Below are positions 1 to 12,500 of a stretch of 64,000 nucleotides of DNA, one piece after another. The notes below the pieces were generated by a model, which was given only the letters and a program-made list of their open reading frames with translations, was not told where the DNA came from and did not search any database. The translations under genes and the position numbers were made by a program. This DNA is from Okamejei kenojei (lineage: Eukaryota): positions 20,026,001-20,090,000 of the forward strand of contig CM069163.1 in the NCBI GenBank assembly GCA_035221665.1, read 5' to 3'. Position 1 is the stretch's first letter, and each line of letters opens with the position of its first letter.

Positions 1-2409
1 TTTCAAACGTACCAGGTAAATCTACTTTTGTTTATCGGAAACAGCATCTTAATAAGCATTAAATTGTGAAGGACGTTTAATAAATTTGCTGGCGGCAGTT
101 CGTGAAAATGATCATGGTGGTTTTTAGTCGAGAATTGGTCTTGGTTTTGCTATTGGTTTACCAATATCACTTGGATTAAGATACTGTGAAAACTTTTCCT
201 TGTGTGGTATCCAAACAAATCATACCATACATGTGTACAAGTAGTAGTGCAAAAAGAAAAAAAAATCAGTGCAGAATATAGCATGACAGAGAAAGTGCAG
301 AGAGTAAAAAGTGCAAAGCTACAACAAGGTAGATTGGGAGATCAATAATATATCCTTAGCATACAAGTGGCCTATTCAAGAACCTGGTAGCAGCTGGGAA
401 GAGTGCTGTGCTTGAATCTGATAGCAATTGCTTTGAAGCTTTTGTGTCTTATGCCCGAAGGGAGAGGGGAACAGAGAGAACGACCTGGGTGTGAGTGACC
501 TTTGATTATGTTAACTACTTTGCCAAGGCAGCATGAAGTGCAGATTGAATCGATGGGATGGCGGGGTGGAGGGAGAGGAGGCTGCTTTGTGTGCTCGACT
601 GGGCTGTGCCCACAACACAATGCAAATTTTGTGGCCTTGGCCAAAACAGTTTCCAACCCCAGCTGCGATGCATTTGAGTCGGATGCTTTCTACAGTGCAT
701 CTGTAGAAATTGGTAAGGATCTTTGGAGAAATTCCAAATATCCTTAGTCTTCTGAAGAAACATGCCAAATTTCCTTACAATCAAAGTTTTGCTCGAACAA
801 AAACTGATGGCTATTGAGACAACTGAACACATGCACATATAACAAATCCACATTTCACCATAAAAAGCCACAGCATTTTAATTTAATTATGTAAAAGTAT
901 ATTGAATTTTATCTCATTGCAGACATGGCTGATGAAAGACTGGATTTCCCCAATCAGAGGGGATTGAAATGGCCATTGATTCTCCACTCCTTTTAACTGT
1001 CCAATCGGCTTTTCTTGCACTGTACTGCTCTATCCTTCATCTATCTGCTACAATACACTACCAGGTTTGAAATAACTACAGGGCTTTGACCTGATCCATG
1101 GGTCATGGTGTTGGTTGGCTCTGTCTATAACACACTGCCTCTGCTGCTAATTATAAGTGGAGTTCCATGTTGTGGATTCAGGTTGACTTTTCATTCCTCA
1201 ATGTTCTTGGAACTTCTGGCATTTTGTCCTGCACGCCTCATTGGGTCAATATTGGCCAACTGCGCAGACAGTAGTGGCAGAGATGATGAAGCCACAGATA
1301 GTGGGTGAACACAGTGCTGCTGCCACTGGCGGTGAGTGCCAGGCATTGAACTTCTAGCACAGCACCAAGTGTTGGAGGAACTCAGTGGGTCAGGCACCAT
1401 CATTGGAGGGAATGGACCGACAATGTTTCGGGTTGGGAACTTTATTTAGACTGTTTGTAAAAGTGGGGGGAGGGATACAACCGAAAAGAGAGACGGGTAT
1501 GGAACAAAGCCTGGAAAATGATAGGTGGATACAGGTGAGGCGGGTTAGGATGAGGGTTCTAGATTTGTCCTAAATCTGTTCCATGAGGATGTTGATGTAT
1601 TCAACACAATGGAGGGAGGACCACTGAATTGGCATGTGAGGTGCCCTATTATGAACAAATACAACTGAATGTCTTTATAATATTCAGCAATTACATTAAA
1701 GTTACCTGTACCAAAGAAAACTCCACAGGGTCCACACTTAATGGAAATCCCTCGTTGGTGGCATCATAAATTCAAAGAGAGAAGCTATTTGGTCTATTCT
1801 GAAACTTGTTTAAAATGAAAGGTTTGTCAACATTTTTTTCACAACCTACTGCACTCTGGGTGTATGAGAGGACACCATCACTGGATATGAGCCACAAGGA
1901 CCAACACAAGCAGACACATCGCATAAAAACAGGCCGTTCAGCCCACTCTATCCACGACACCCTTGAACTAATCCCACACTGATCCCACTTTATTCTCCGT
2001 AAATTCCCATCAACTCTCCCGCATTCTACCACTTACCCACACACCCGCAGCAATTTTCAGAGGTCAATTAAACTACCAACCGTTGCGTCTTTCGGATCTG
2101 GGAGGAAACTAGAGTACCTGGAGTAAACCCATGCAGTCACAGGGAGAACATGCAAACTCCACACAGTCACTACCAAGGGTCAGGATCAAATCCAGGTTTA
2201 TGGAGCTGTGAGGCAGTGACTCTGCCAGCTGTGCCACCGTACTGCCCAAAATTATGTATTGATGGTCTTCCACCCAAGAGACATGGTAAGGTAGAAAACA
2301 GCAGTAGAGTTGGTTTAGTCTCAAGTGCCTCCTGCCTCATATCATGTGGGGGGGAATGACACCAGGTGCATGCTTGCTTATTCTTTCTATTTATTTTTCT
2401 ATTGAACAG

Positions 2410-2461
2410 GCTTTGAAGAATATGCTGTACTTGGCCCAGCACGAAGCCCCAAACACAGAAG
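2410..2461 (+). CDS. XPR1: XPR1-like exon 2 (SPX): [17 protein letters not shown](V)
   Basis: Polypyrimidine tract + aacag acceptor, 52 nt, G|gtaaga donor; matches human AFKDMLYSAQDQAPSVE. Confidence 0.9.
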
Positions 2462-5400
2462 GTAAGAGGGTATTAGCTACAAGGAGGGGTTGGACAAACT
2501 TGCATTGTTTTCTCCAGAACACTGGAGGTTGAGGGGAGACCCGAGAGAAGTCTAGAAAATTATGAGAGGCGTAGATAGGGTTGACAGTCAGAACCTTAAT
2601 CCCAGGGTCGAAATGTCAAAGGCTAGAGGGCATAGCTTTAAATTAAGAGGGGCAAAGTTTAAAGGAGATGTGTATGGCAAGTTCCTACACAGACCCAGAT
2701 GGGTGCCTGGAACACACTGCCAGGAGGTGTTGGTGGATGCAGTTAAGTTATGGGTATTTAAGTGGTGTTTAGATAGACCCATTGATAAGCAGGCAATGGT
2801 GGGATGTGGACCCCACGCAGCAAATGGGACAAGTTTATTTTGGCACAATGCTCGGCCAAAGACATTGTGGGCCAAAGCGCCCCTACCTATGCTGTACTTT
2901 TCTATGTTCTGTGTGAGTGATGTTACTATGAGATGGAACGGCAGCATCCTCCTGAACAGATGTTGCTTCCACTATCTTGAATAGAATATCCTGACTTGCA
3001 CTTGGAATTATGCCAACTTTACTCAGTATCCTGGACATTAATATTTAATGCTGAAATATGATTTAATTTATATATAATGAAAGAGGGCTTAGCTTCAACA
3101 TTGTTCCAACAGTCAAACAGTGTTTAATATTATTCCAAATAATGTTTTCAAAATTTACCAACTAGGATATTATACTCTGTGCTCATCAACTCTCTCGCCA
3201 AAACATGCGATTTTCCTCCCATCTTAAAATTAACTTTAACACCTGAGTTGGTTCAGTTAAAATTTGGTCTGATTATGTTCTTATGAGGGAGAAATCGCAA
3301 TATTTCACAGTGTTAAAGGTGATATAATGTTAACTGTTCTTGTTCTTCACTTGACTTTCAACTGTGTTGAAAAAATACAGGTCATGATGAATAATTAACC
3401 TGCTGAATATGTTCCTATCAGGCAAGGGTGATGCTGAAGGATTTAATTAATAATCACGTTGTGCACAGCTTGAAATATGAAATGATTCTTTCTCATCAAT
3501 AATTTATTGAGGCAAAATGTTGTTCCACTGTTTGTGCTTACATTCCCAATGATATCTGTGCGCAGCAAGAGAAACAGTACCGCAAACAGTGTGCTGGTCA
3601 CGAACATTCCCAAGAGGGAGTTTGTAGAAGTAACATTTTATTAAAATGAAGCAATCATTCCTGTTCACCCTTTTTTCACGAGTTTGGAACCCCATTTAAT
3701 AACAAACTGCTAAGAGGAAATGCAAGACAATTGAATGGGGATCTGCTTCATAGAGATCCGGTGGTACGCTAAACAGCACAGGAGGTGAATTGACAAGAAT
3801 CAAGAAGCAAGAGTATTAATTGTCATATGTACTGGCATACAGTGAAATTCTTACGTGCTGCAGCTTAACAGGCCTGTTATAATGTAACAGCATCTGGTTA
3901 GTATATAATAGTCAAGTAACAATAAATTAATAATCATCATACCAGGTAACCATAATAGTGCAAAAATAAAAAGCCCATGGTGCAACCAAGGACACAAACC
4001 AGGGAGATCATATTTGCTGAGGTTAGTGTAGGAAGGATCTGCAGATGCTGATTTAAACCAAAGATGGACATAAAAAGCTGGAGTAACACAGCGGGACAGG
4101 CAACATCTCTGGAGAGAAGGAATGGGTGACGTTTCGGGTCAAGACACTTCTTCAGACTGGTTAGGGATAAGGGAAACGAGAGATATAGACAATGATGTAG
4201 AGAGATAAAGAACCATGAATGAAAGATATGCAAAAAAGTAACGATGATATAGGAAACAGGTCATTGTTAGCTGTTTGTTGGGTGAAAACGAGAAGCTGGT
4301 GTGACCTGGGTAGGGGAGAGATAGAGAGAGAATGCTACGGTTACTTGAAGTTAGAAAAATCAATATTCATACCACTGGGCTGTAAGCTGCCCAAGCAAAA
4401 TATGAGATGCTGTTCTTCCAATTTGCGTTTAGTCTCACTCCGACAATGGAGGAAACCCAAGACAGAAAGGTCTGTGGGAATGGGAAGGAGAATTAAAGTA
4501 TTTAGCAACTGGAAAGTTAGTGTTGTGAGGTTAGTGTTGTGCAGTGTTCAAGAGCCTGATGATTGATGGGAAGAAGTTGTTCTTGAACCTAGAGGTTATG
4601 GTTCTCAGACTCCTGTCCCTTCTTCCCAATGGTAATAGTGCAATGAGCACGTGGTCAGGGTGATGTTGTTCTGTGATGATATTGGCTGCCGTTTATGTGG
4701 CTCATGTCAGAGGACCAAAAGTAGGCCATTTGGCTTGGAATCTACTCCACCATTCAATCATGGCTGATCTATCTACCCCCTCTCAACACCATTCTCCTGC
4801 CTTCATCCCATAACCTTTTACACCCTTACTAATCAAGAACCCGTCAATCTCCGTCTTAAAATACCCAATAATGGCCTCCACAGCCATCTGTGGCACTGAC
4901 TTCCACAGATTCACCACTCACTGACTAAAGAAATTCCTCATCTTTCTAAAGGTAAATCCTTTTATTATAAAAGATCCTAAAGATCCTTTCCATATAGGTT
5001 AGTACCTGTGATGAACCAAGCAGTGTGCACCACTATTCCTGGTAATAACACTGTCTCCTACTGCTGTTTTGCCCGGTTCTACTCTGGTCATGGTTCAGTT
5101 GGTCATTCTGGGGGCCTTCAGATGGCAGTGGTAAGCTTCCTGTGTGTTCCTCTTGGCCCATTTCAACACCATGAAGATTCTCTTCCAGAATCTATTTTCT
5201 TTTGGCTGCGTTTGTGATCTGTAAATAAATAGAGATTTAATCTTTTGGAAGTATCAGTGGGTGGTGAAATAGGTTGTTCTTCTACTGCAAGTAATATGTT
5301 GAAATTACAAGGAAAGTAAAGCCATTACAAAGGCTGGATGTTCATCACTCCCAGGGAACTGAGGTTTACAGCCTGTGTTCTTTTCTGGAAAATGCTAACA

Positions 5401-8400
5401 ATATCTTCTCAAGACATGCAAGAAATGCTGAGCAATAGGCAAAGTGCTGGAATAACTCAACGGGTCAGGCAGCATCTGTGGAGGGAATATACAGACAACA
5501 CTCCATTCCATCCCCAGATGCTGCCTGATGCACTGAGTTCTTCCAACACTTGGTGCGTTGCTCAAGATTCTAGCATCTACAGCTCCTTGCTTCCCCATAT
5601 AAGAAATACTGTGAAATTTAGGAAGCTATGACGGTACAAAGAGATGAGGTTTATGTGAATTGAAGCTTCACAGAGTTCAAGAACTTTCAGAAAATTCGCC
5701 TGACCAGATATAATTGTCACCAGTGGACTGCAGGTTTAGGGAGAGGTAGTGGAAGGAGCTGGTTAGTTCAAAGTGTCCAAAGGTTTGAAACATGGAAAGC
5801 ATTGAACAGAGTTTACAGCACTGTCTCAACTGTAGCTGTTGGCAAATATGCTACTTCTTTACAAACATGGAGGTAGAAAATCTTTTATTTTGCTCAATTC
5901 TCCAGAGTCAAGAGTGTTTTATTGTCATATGTTCCAGATGGGACAATTAAATTCTTACTTGCTGCAGCACAACAGAATATGTGAATATGTAAACATAGTA
6001 CATAACGGGGGAAGAGAAAAAAAAGAAAAAGTTCAATAAATAACAAATATAGTGCAATAATAATACAGTATTTTGCAGTTCAGAGCTTATTCGTTGTTGT
6101 GTTTAATGGCCTGATGGTTGTAGGGATGAAGCCGTTCCTGAACCTGGTCGTTACAGTTTTCAGGCTCCTGTACCTTCTTCCTGATGGCAAAGGTGACAAA
6201 TTCTATTTGTCAAACAATTATTTGTGACCGATTCATTTGCTTCATTGGCAAACCTTCTGCCTTTAACTCACTGCATAAGAAAGAGGCCCATTGCTAGTTT
6301 AATGTCCTGTCATTCTGCGAGTTATATGAGGATTATTGTTGCTTTTGGGGCACACTGTCAAAGCACCCCATAGGGTATCAAGAGGAGTCTGGGCTTAATT
6401 CACTTTGTCAATAAGAAATGTCGATGCAACAAGAATCTACTGTTTCTGCTCACGCATTGATGAATAGATGTGCCTGTCCATGTTTTACGCTGGGACTAGT
6501 CAGCTCTCCAACTGATACAGGGCGATGAAAGCATCGAACACTGGAGCCGGCAATTAATCAGAGTTTGATTAAATTGATTGTTACATCTTGCAGCATGACA
6601 GGCAAAGGCTTAAGACTAATATTACTACAAAACAAAGTTAAATTCATAATGGTTTATTGTTTAGGTTTATTATTCTCGTGTGTACTGAGGTACAGTGACC
6701 ATCTTTTATTTGTGTGCTAGCCAAACAAATCCAATATTATACATGAAAACAGTCAAGCCAAATGCAAGTACTATAGGTAGAGCAGAGAGAAAGATACCAG
6801 AATGCAGAATATAGTTTGCAGCATTGTAGAGTAACAGTTCCAGGGAAAAAGTCCTACATTATTGGTTGACTTCAGGACAATTAAGCCAATGGAAGGAGAT
6901 AAACAGCACTGAGGATAAAAAGTTTTAGCCCAATTCTCCACAACATCCCCGCTAATTTTTGTCCCTAAGCCAGATCTTTTAAAAAAAAGGCCCGATTAGC
7001 TCATTGCTGTTTGTGTGGTCCAATCCTACACAATGTGGCCACTACAATCCCTGCATTCCAGCAGCGGTTACCTTTCCAAAATATTTCATTTGCCACAAAA
7101 GCACTTCATAAATGAAAGTCTTTTCCTTTCTTTTGCCTTTCGTTCTTTCCAACTTGTCAAGTCTGGATCAGATAGAACAGTGCTCAACGCAGTTTAATAA
7201 ATTAAAGGAGATAGGAATACAAGAGTTTAAGGACAAAATGTCACCTCTGAGAATGGTTGGATTAGTTTGAATGGCAGCTCTACTTACCCTTGCCGCAGCT
7301 GGGGAGCGTCCTGAGGTGGGAATGAGATATTGAAGGCTCAAGTAACTTGGCAGGGGTCACAAAATGTAAAACGTGAACAGGACCTACCTTGTTCACAGCT
7401 TGAGACAGCATGTCAGATTTGTAATTCACAGTGAGTTTTATTGACAGCGACAATATAATCAATCAAATAATGCTTTCTGGTGATTGCGACCCATTTACAT
7501 TTATAAAGACGCAGATTTATCGAACTTTGATTATTGCCCTGGTATGTATTCTGTTCTACAACATATCAGTGGTACTGTTACTGATGGGTGCCATGATCAT
7601 GATTAGGGAAAGCCTTTGTGTTTTAAATAATACACTATGTACTTGGAAAATGGCTCCATATTCTAAGAACATTTCCTGGATGCATTTAAAATGATTGATT
7701 TGGATGAATTCAAATGCATTTATCGAAATGCCAACTTGTGGCTTTAATTGTGTTGTGATGGTCATCCAAACTTCTGAAAATTTACAGGAAGCATTAATTA
7801 CAATCTGATCCAATGTCTGCTCTTAATAAATTGCTCTGGAACTTTGAAAGATAACATCTATTCTATCAGTTTTATTTTCCACATACACATTCACTTCCCC
7901 CACTGAATGCAGGTCATTCATAAAATAATACTGCAGATGCCAGATATCCGAAATAGTGGAAATACTCAACAGATCAGGCAACATTTGTGGAGCAGAAAAC
8001 AGAGTTAACATTCTGGGTCAATGAATTTTCATCATAGTTCGTTCAATGTCTCCATATGTAGGGTTCAGGAGGCGCGGAACAAGATGTTACCTATATCTTA
8101 CATTCATCATCAATCTCAATCATCATCAAAAGTAGGAACATACTGTGTGCTCGTTCTGCTTTCCATAACTTTCTTTGATATCAATCACATTTATCAATCT
8201 GTACCACAGCAACTCCAGTAAAGTGGACTGTCAAACTTGCCAAATCCAGCCTGGCCGTTAGGTCCAGCCTGGTGCCTGCCTCTGTTGTACTTGTCGTGGA
8301 GTTTGGGATGGACAATGTTCGAATTGCCTTTTCCAGATTCCACGTACAGGACTTCCTAAGTCAGTCGAATACTGTCCGTGCTAGCCAGGGCTACTGACTG

Positions 8401-9477
8401 CCATTTTACTGTTAGTGCTTAGTCAGACCACTATGTCCAGAGGTAGCATGGTGTCAAATTTATTAAACTTCTCAGCACACTGATGATACAGGACACAGCA
8501 GATCATAACAGCACCGTAGAGTCACAGAGTCATACATCACGAAAACAGGCCCTTCAGCCCGACTCAACCATGCCAATCAAGATGCCCAACTAATCCCGTT
8601 TGCCCTTGGTTGACCCAGTGATGCAGTGGTTGAGTTGCTGCCTTGCAATGCCAGAGATCCAGGTTCGATCATAACTACATATGCTGTCTGTACGGAGTTT
8701 GCACGTTCTCCGTGAGACTGCGTGGGCTTTCTCCTGGTAATCTGGTTTCCTCCCACATTCCAAAGGCAGATGGGTTTATAAGTTAAAATTGACCTTGGTA
8801 AACTGTCCCTTAACCCATTCCTTTGCATCCTGTATAAAGATACAAAGCTTCTGGACGGGAATATTCGATATAATTTCTAAAAACACTTAAAATTCAATTG
8901 GAGTCAGATGTAAAATTAATAATTTTAGGGATGTCAGAGGGATGTTCTAAATTAAAGACATTTCAAAGACGTTTCCTTGATTACAGCTTAATAACCGCGA
9001 AAAAACTTATACTCAAATTCTGGAAAAAGATAACAGTTCCCACAATGAAGATGTGGATCACAGAAATGACTGAGACACTACATTTAGAAAAAATAAGGCT
9101 CGTTTTGGCTGATAAATCAGACCAATTCTCCAAAACATGGTCTCCTTTCACTGAATCTCTTCAACAATAGAATAGTCGAACACAAATTTAAAACAGACAC
9201 TTGGGATGGGTGAGCGGTGGGGGGGGGGGGGGGGGGGGGAGTATAGTGGGGCATATCTCCGTCTTCTTTTTTGTCTCTCACTTTTTCGGCAGTTCAGGGG
9301 CCTTTTCTTCTCTCTTTTTTGTATTTTTCTTCTTTCTCTTCACTCTTTCCTTTATACTTTTTTTTCCCCGATTCCCTTATCAATTTATAAAATGTTAAAA
9401 ATGAAGCTGTACGTAAATTGTATAATTGTTAAGCCGATTGCTTTATTCTTGTACAATTGCTTCTAATAAAATAAACA

Positions 9478-9518
<41 letters not shown>

Positions 9519-12500
9519 CGGTCCCTAATGTGTAGGATAGAACTAGTGTACGGGTAATCATTGGTCAGCGAGGTCTTGGTGAGCTGAAGGGCCAGTTTCC
9601 ATGCTGCATTTCCAAACTATATGTATACCCTTCCAAACCTATCCTATCCATGTACTTGTCCAAATGTATTTTTAGTTGTTATTGTACTTGAGTCAAATAC
9701 TTCTTCTGGCAAACTTGGAATTTTGCAGATACTTTGTTAATCATCCTCCACCAGATTCCAACCTCTGGACAGCCACTGCGGAAGCTGCTGAATTTCAGCA
9801 GACTTGGGGATCTTTCCATCTGTAGATATTTTATACAAGGCTTGAACTATTTTCCAAGGAATTAAATGTTGCATGGGCAACGGAATTCTGTCCACATTGC
9901 AGATTCTGAGGAAGGGCAGCAAATACTGGGATGTCAGCCCATCACAGGTTCACTATTCCACTTTGCAGAGATTTGCTTTTGGCTTTGAATCAGTGGAGGT
10001 TTCAGAATCTGTCTGGGAACACCGATAGTGGCAACATGGGTGGTAACTGCAAGAACTGCAATTAAGACGGGGGCAGGGTCTTTGAGCGCATACCTTTGCC
10101 AGATAGAAACATAGAAAATAGGTGCAGGAGTAGGCCATTCGGCCTTTCGAGCCTGCACCGCCATTCAATATGATCATGGCTGATCATCCAACTCAGTATC
10201 CCGTACCTGCCTTTTCTCCATACCCCCTAATCCCTTTAGCCACAAGGGCCACATCTAACTCCCTCTTAAATATAGCCAATAAACTGGCCTCAACTACCTT
10301 CTGTGGCAGAGAATTCCACAGATTCACCACTCTGTGTGAAAAATGATACCCCCTTCAGGTCGAATTATCTTGAATATTCTTAAAAATCAAATCAAATAAA
10401 TGGAATAAAATAAACTTAAAACGTCGCAGAGTTTGGATGCAAATCTCAAACTGGACCATTAATAGTTTACATGTTCCAGAACTTCACTTGATATCAATAG
10501 CTTTCACATTTACCAGTGTTCCCCATAGCAACTCCAGTAACATTAATTAATCTCAACATTAACTCCCGATGAAGCATAAATTATTGATTTCCTGCCTCGG
10601 GTAATAAAGTCATTCCCACAGCCAAATGCTGTGCTTATAATTATTTATATAACCTGTTTTCAAGTGCAGTTACAATAAGTGACTAATAAAATTAAAAGTT
10701 GCATTTCTCAAGTCATCAAGATGTTAGCAAATGAAGTGCGGATGCATTTATAATGTATTGATTGAACGATTTGTTCTGAAACTCTGAATAAACTCAGATC
10801 ATTTCCTTCAACCGTGTTCACATTGTAAGTCAGTGAGACGCAACTAGCATTCTAGACATTAGTTGTTCTTAAATATAATTCACTCCTTAAAGGTGCAAAA
10901 TGTCATGCATCACCGATTAAGCACAAGGCACTTGTAATGGCACAAAACAACCCTAAAAAGCACACACATTATGCAATCATATTGCAGGCTGGAGTTCTCA
11001 TCTTAGATCTATGCAAATCCAAATGCATAAATTGTGAATATTTCTCTTATCCCTTATCAGATCATTCATTTTTGCTTAATGCAGTCTATAAGCAGAGACT
11101 ATTAGCACCCCTGTCCTTTACCAATAACTTTAAGTTTAATAATATAGTTTACCAAGGTTATGATCTAATGAATAGTTCTATTCGTTTAACCTCCACCACA
11201 AAGTAGGATTTTTAGTAATACATTCATCCTGTGCCACTTTGTACCAATCTTCAGCTTCTCTTAATCCACTGCTATGTATTTCTAAGGTAAATAAAAATGC
11301 TGGAGAAACTCAGCGGGTGAGGCAGCATCTATGGAGCGAAGGAATAGGTGACGAACTATGTATTTCTAATTCAGTTTACTGAAGTGCACCACATTGCTTG
11401 TAGGTCGTGCATTAGTTCATTGTTCAGGGTAACTTTAATTTCCTGAATCAACAGGCAAAACCCAAATGTTTCAATTACTAGAGGATAGAGAGAAACTTAT
11501 AAAGTTAACGATTACAAAACAGTCTGATTAAAGCTTTCTTTACAAGCGTTTGACATTAATCCACACCTGTTCCTTACTCCTCCATAAATGCTGCAATCTC
11601 ATCTCCCTTTCCAGGTTTTCTAAACAGGTTCCAGCACCATGACCTTTACTTAACTCCCGCGGTAGTCACGGTAGGTTGCAATTCCACTGACGGCTTGTTC
11701 CTCTTCTGAGCAAACATGCAGGCAGATCTTCCCATGTCTGAATCCTCCTTAAGAACAAGAATAAAACAGTGCTAATCAAAATACTTCACCAATAGCTATT
11801 GGTTCTTCATTTTATATAGTGATTAATGTCAGCACAGCACTGACACCTTCAGTTTTCCTTGTTTAAAGTATGATTTGTGTTGGTATGTCATGCTGGTTGT
11901 CATTAACTCCCCAGGTTGTAGGACAAACATGATGCCAAAATGTTCGGAATAATAACCATTAGCTCTCCTATTTGTACCGTGTGATTAAATAGTTCTATTT
12001 ATGCAGAGTAATGAATGTTATTGTGCACAACTGATGCCCACCAGAAGTCCTTGATCTGCTGTGCGCCAATATGTGTGTCAGACAAAAGGTTCACCAGTTG
12101 TTCTATTTGTAGATTGCAAATTATTGCACATGTTGAATGTGCCCGAGACATTTCCCACCCCGGTCATTCCTCCTTCTCCCCACATCCGTCAGGCAGAAGA
12201 TACAGAAGCTTGAAAGTGTGCACCGCCACACTCAGGAACAGTTTCTTCCCCTCTGTTATCGGGCTCCTGAATGGTCCTTCCATAAGCTGGTGTACTGTCT
12301 GATTCTGGACTTTGGTCAATGGAACCATTGTCTCTGGAACTGTTACCCGACAATGCTGAGAACTATATTCTGCACTCTGTATCTTCCCCTTCACTCTACC
12401 TATTGAACTTGAGTTTAGCTTGATTGCATTTATGTATAGTATTATCTGAAGAAGGGTCTCGACCCAAAACGTCACCCATTCCTTCTCTCCAGAGATACTG

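Noticed and set aside
1-21. tttcaaacgtaccag|GTAAAT as the 3' end of XPR1-like exon 1 (FQTYQ versus expected YIQYE)
   Set aside because: Plausible phase-0 donor, but only 5 codons are visible and the match is poor; needs upstream sequence.
922-996. Acceptor-like ttgcag followed by a short ORF MADERLDFPNQRGLKWPLILHSF
   Set aside because: No similarity to the SPX N-terminus (MKF..ITPEW), ends in a stop and has no suitable donor.
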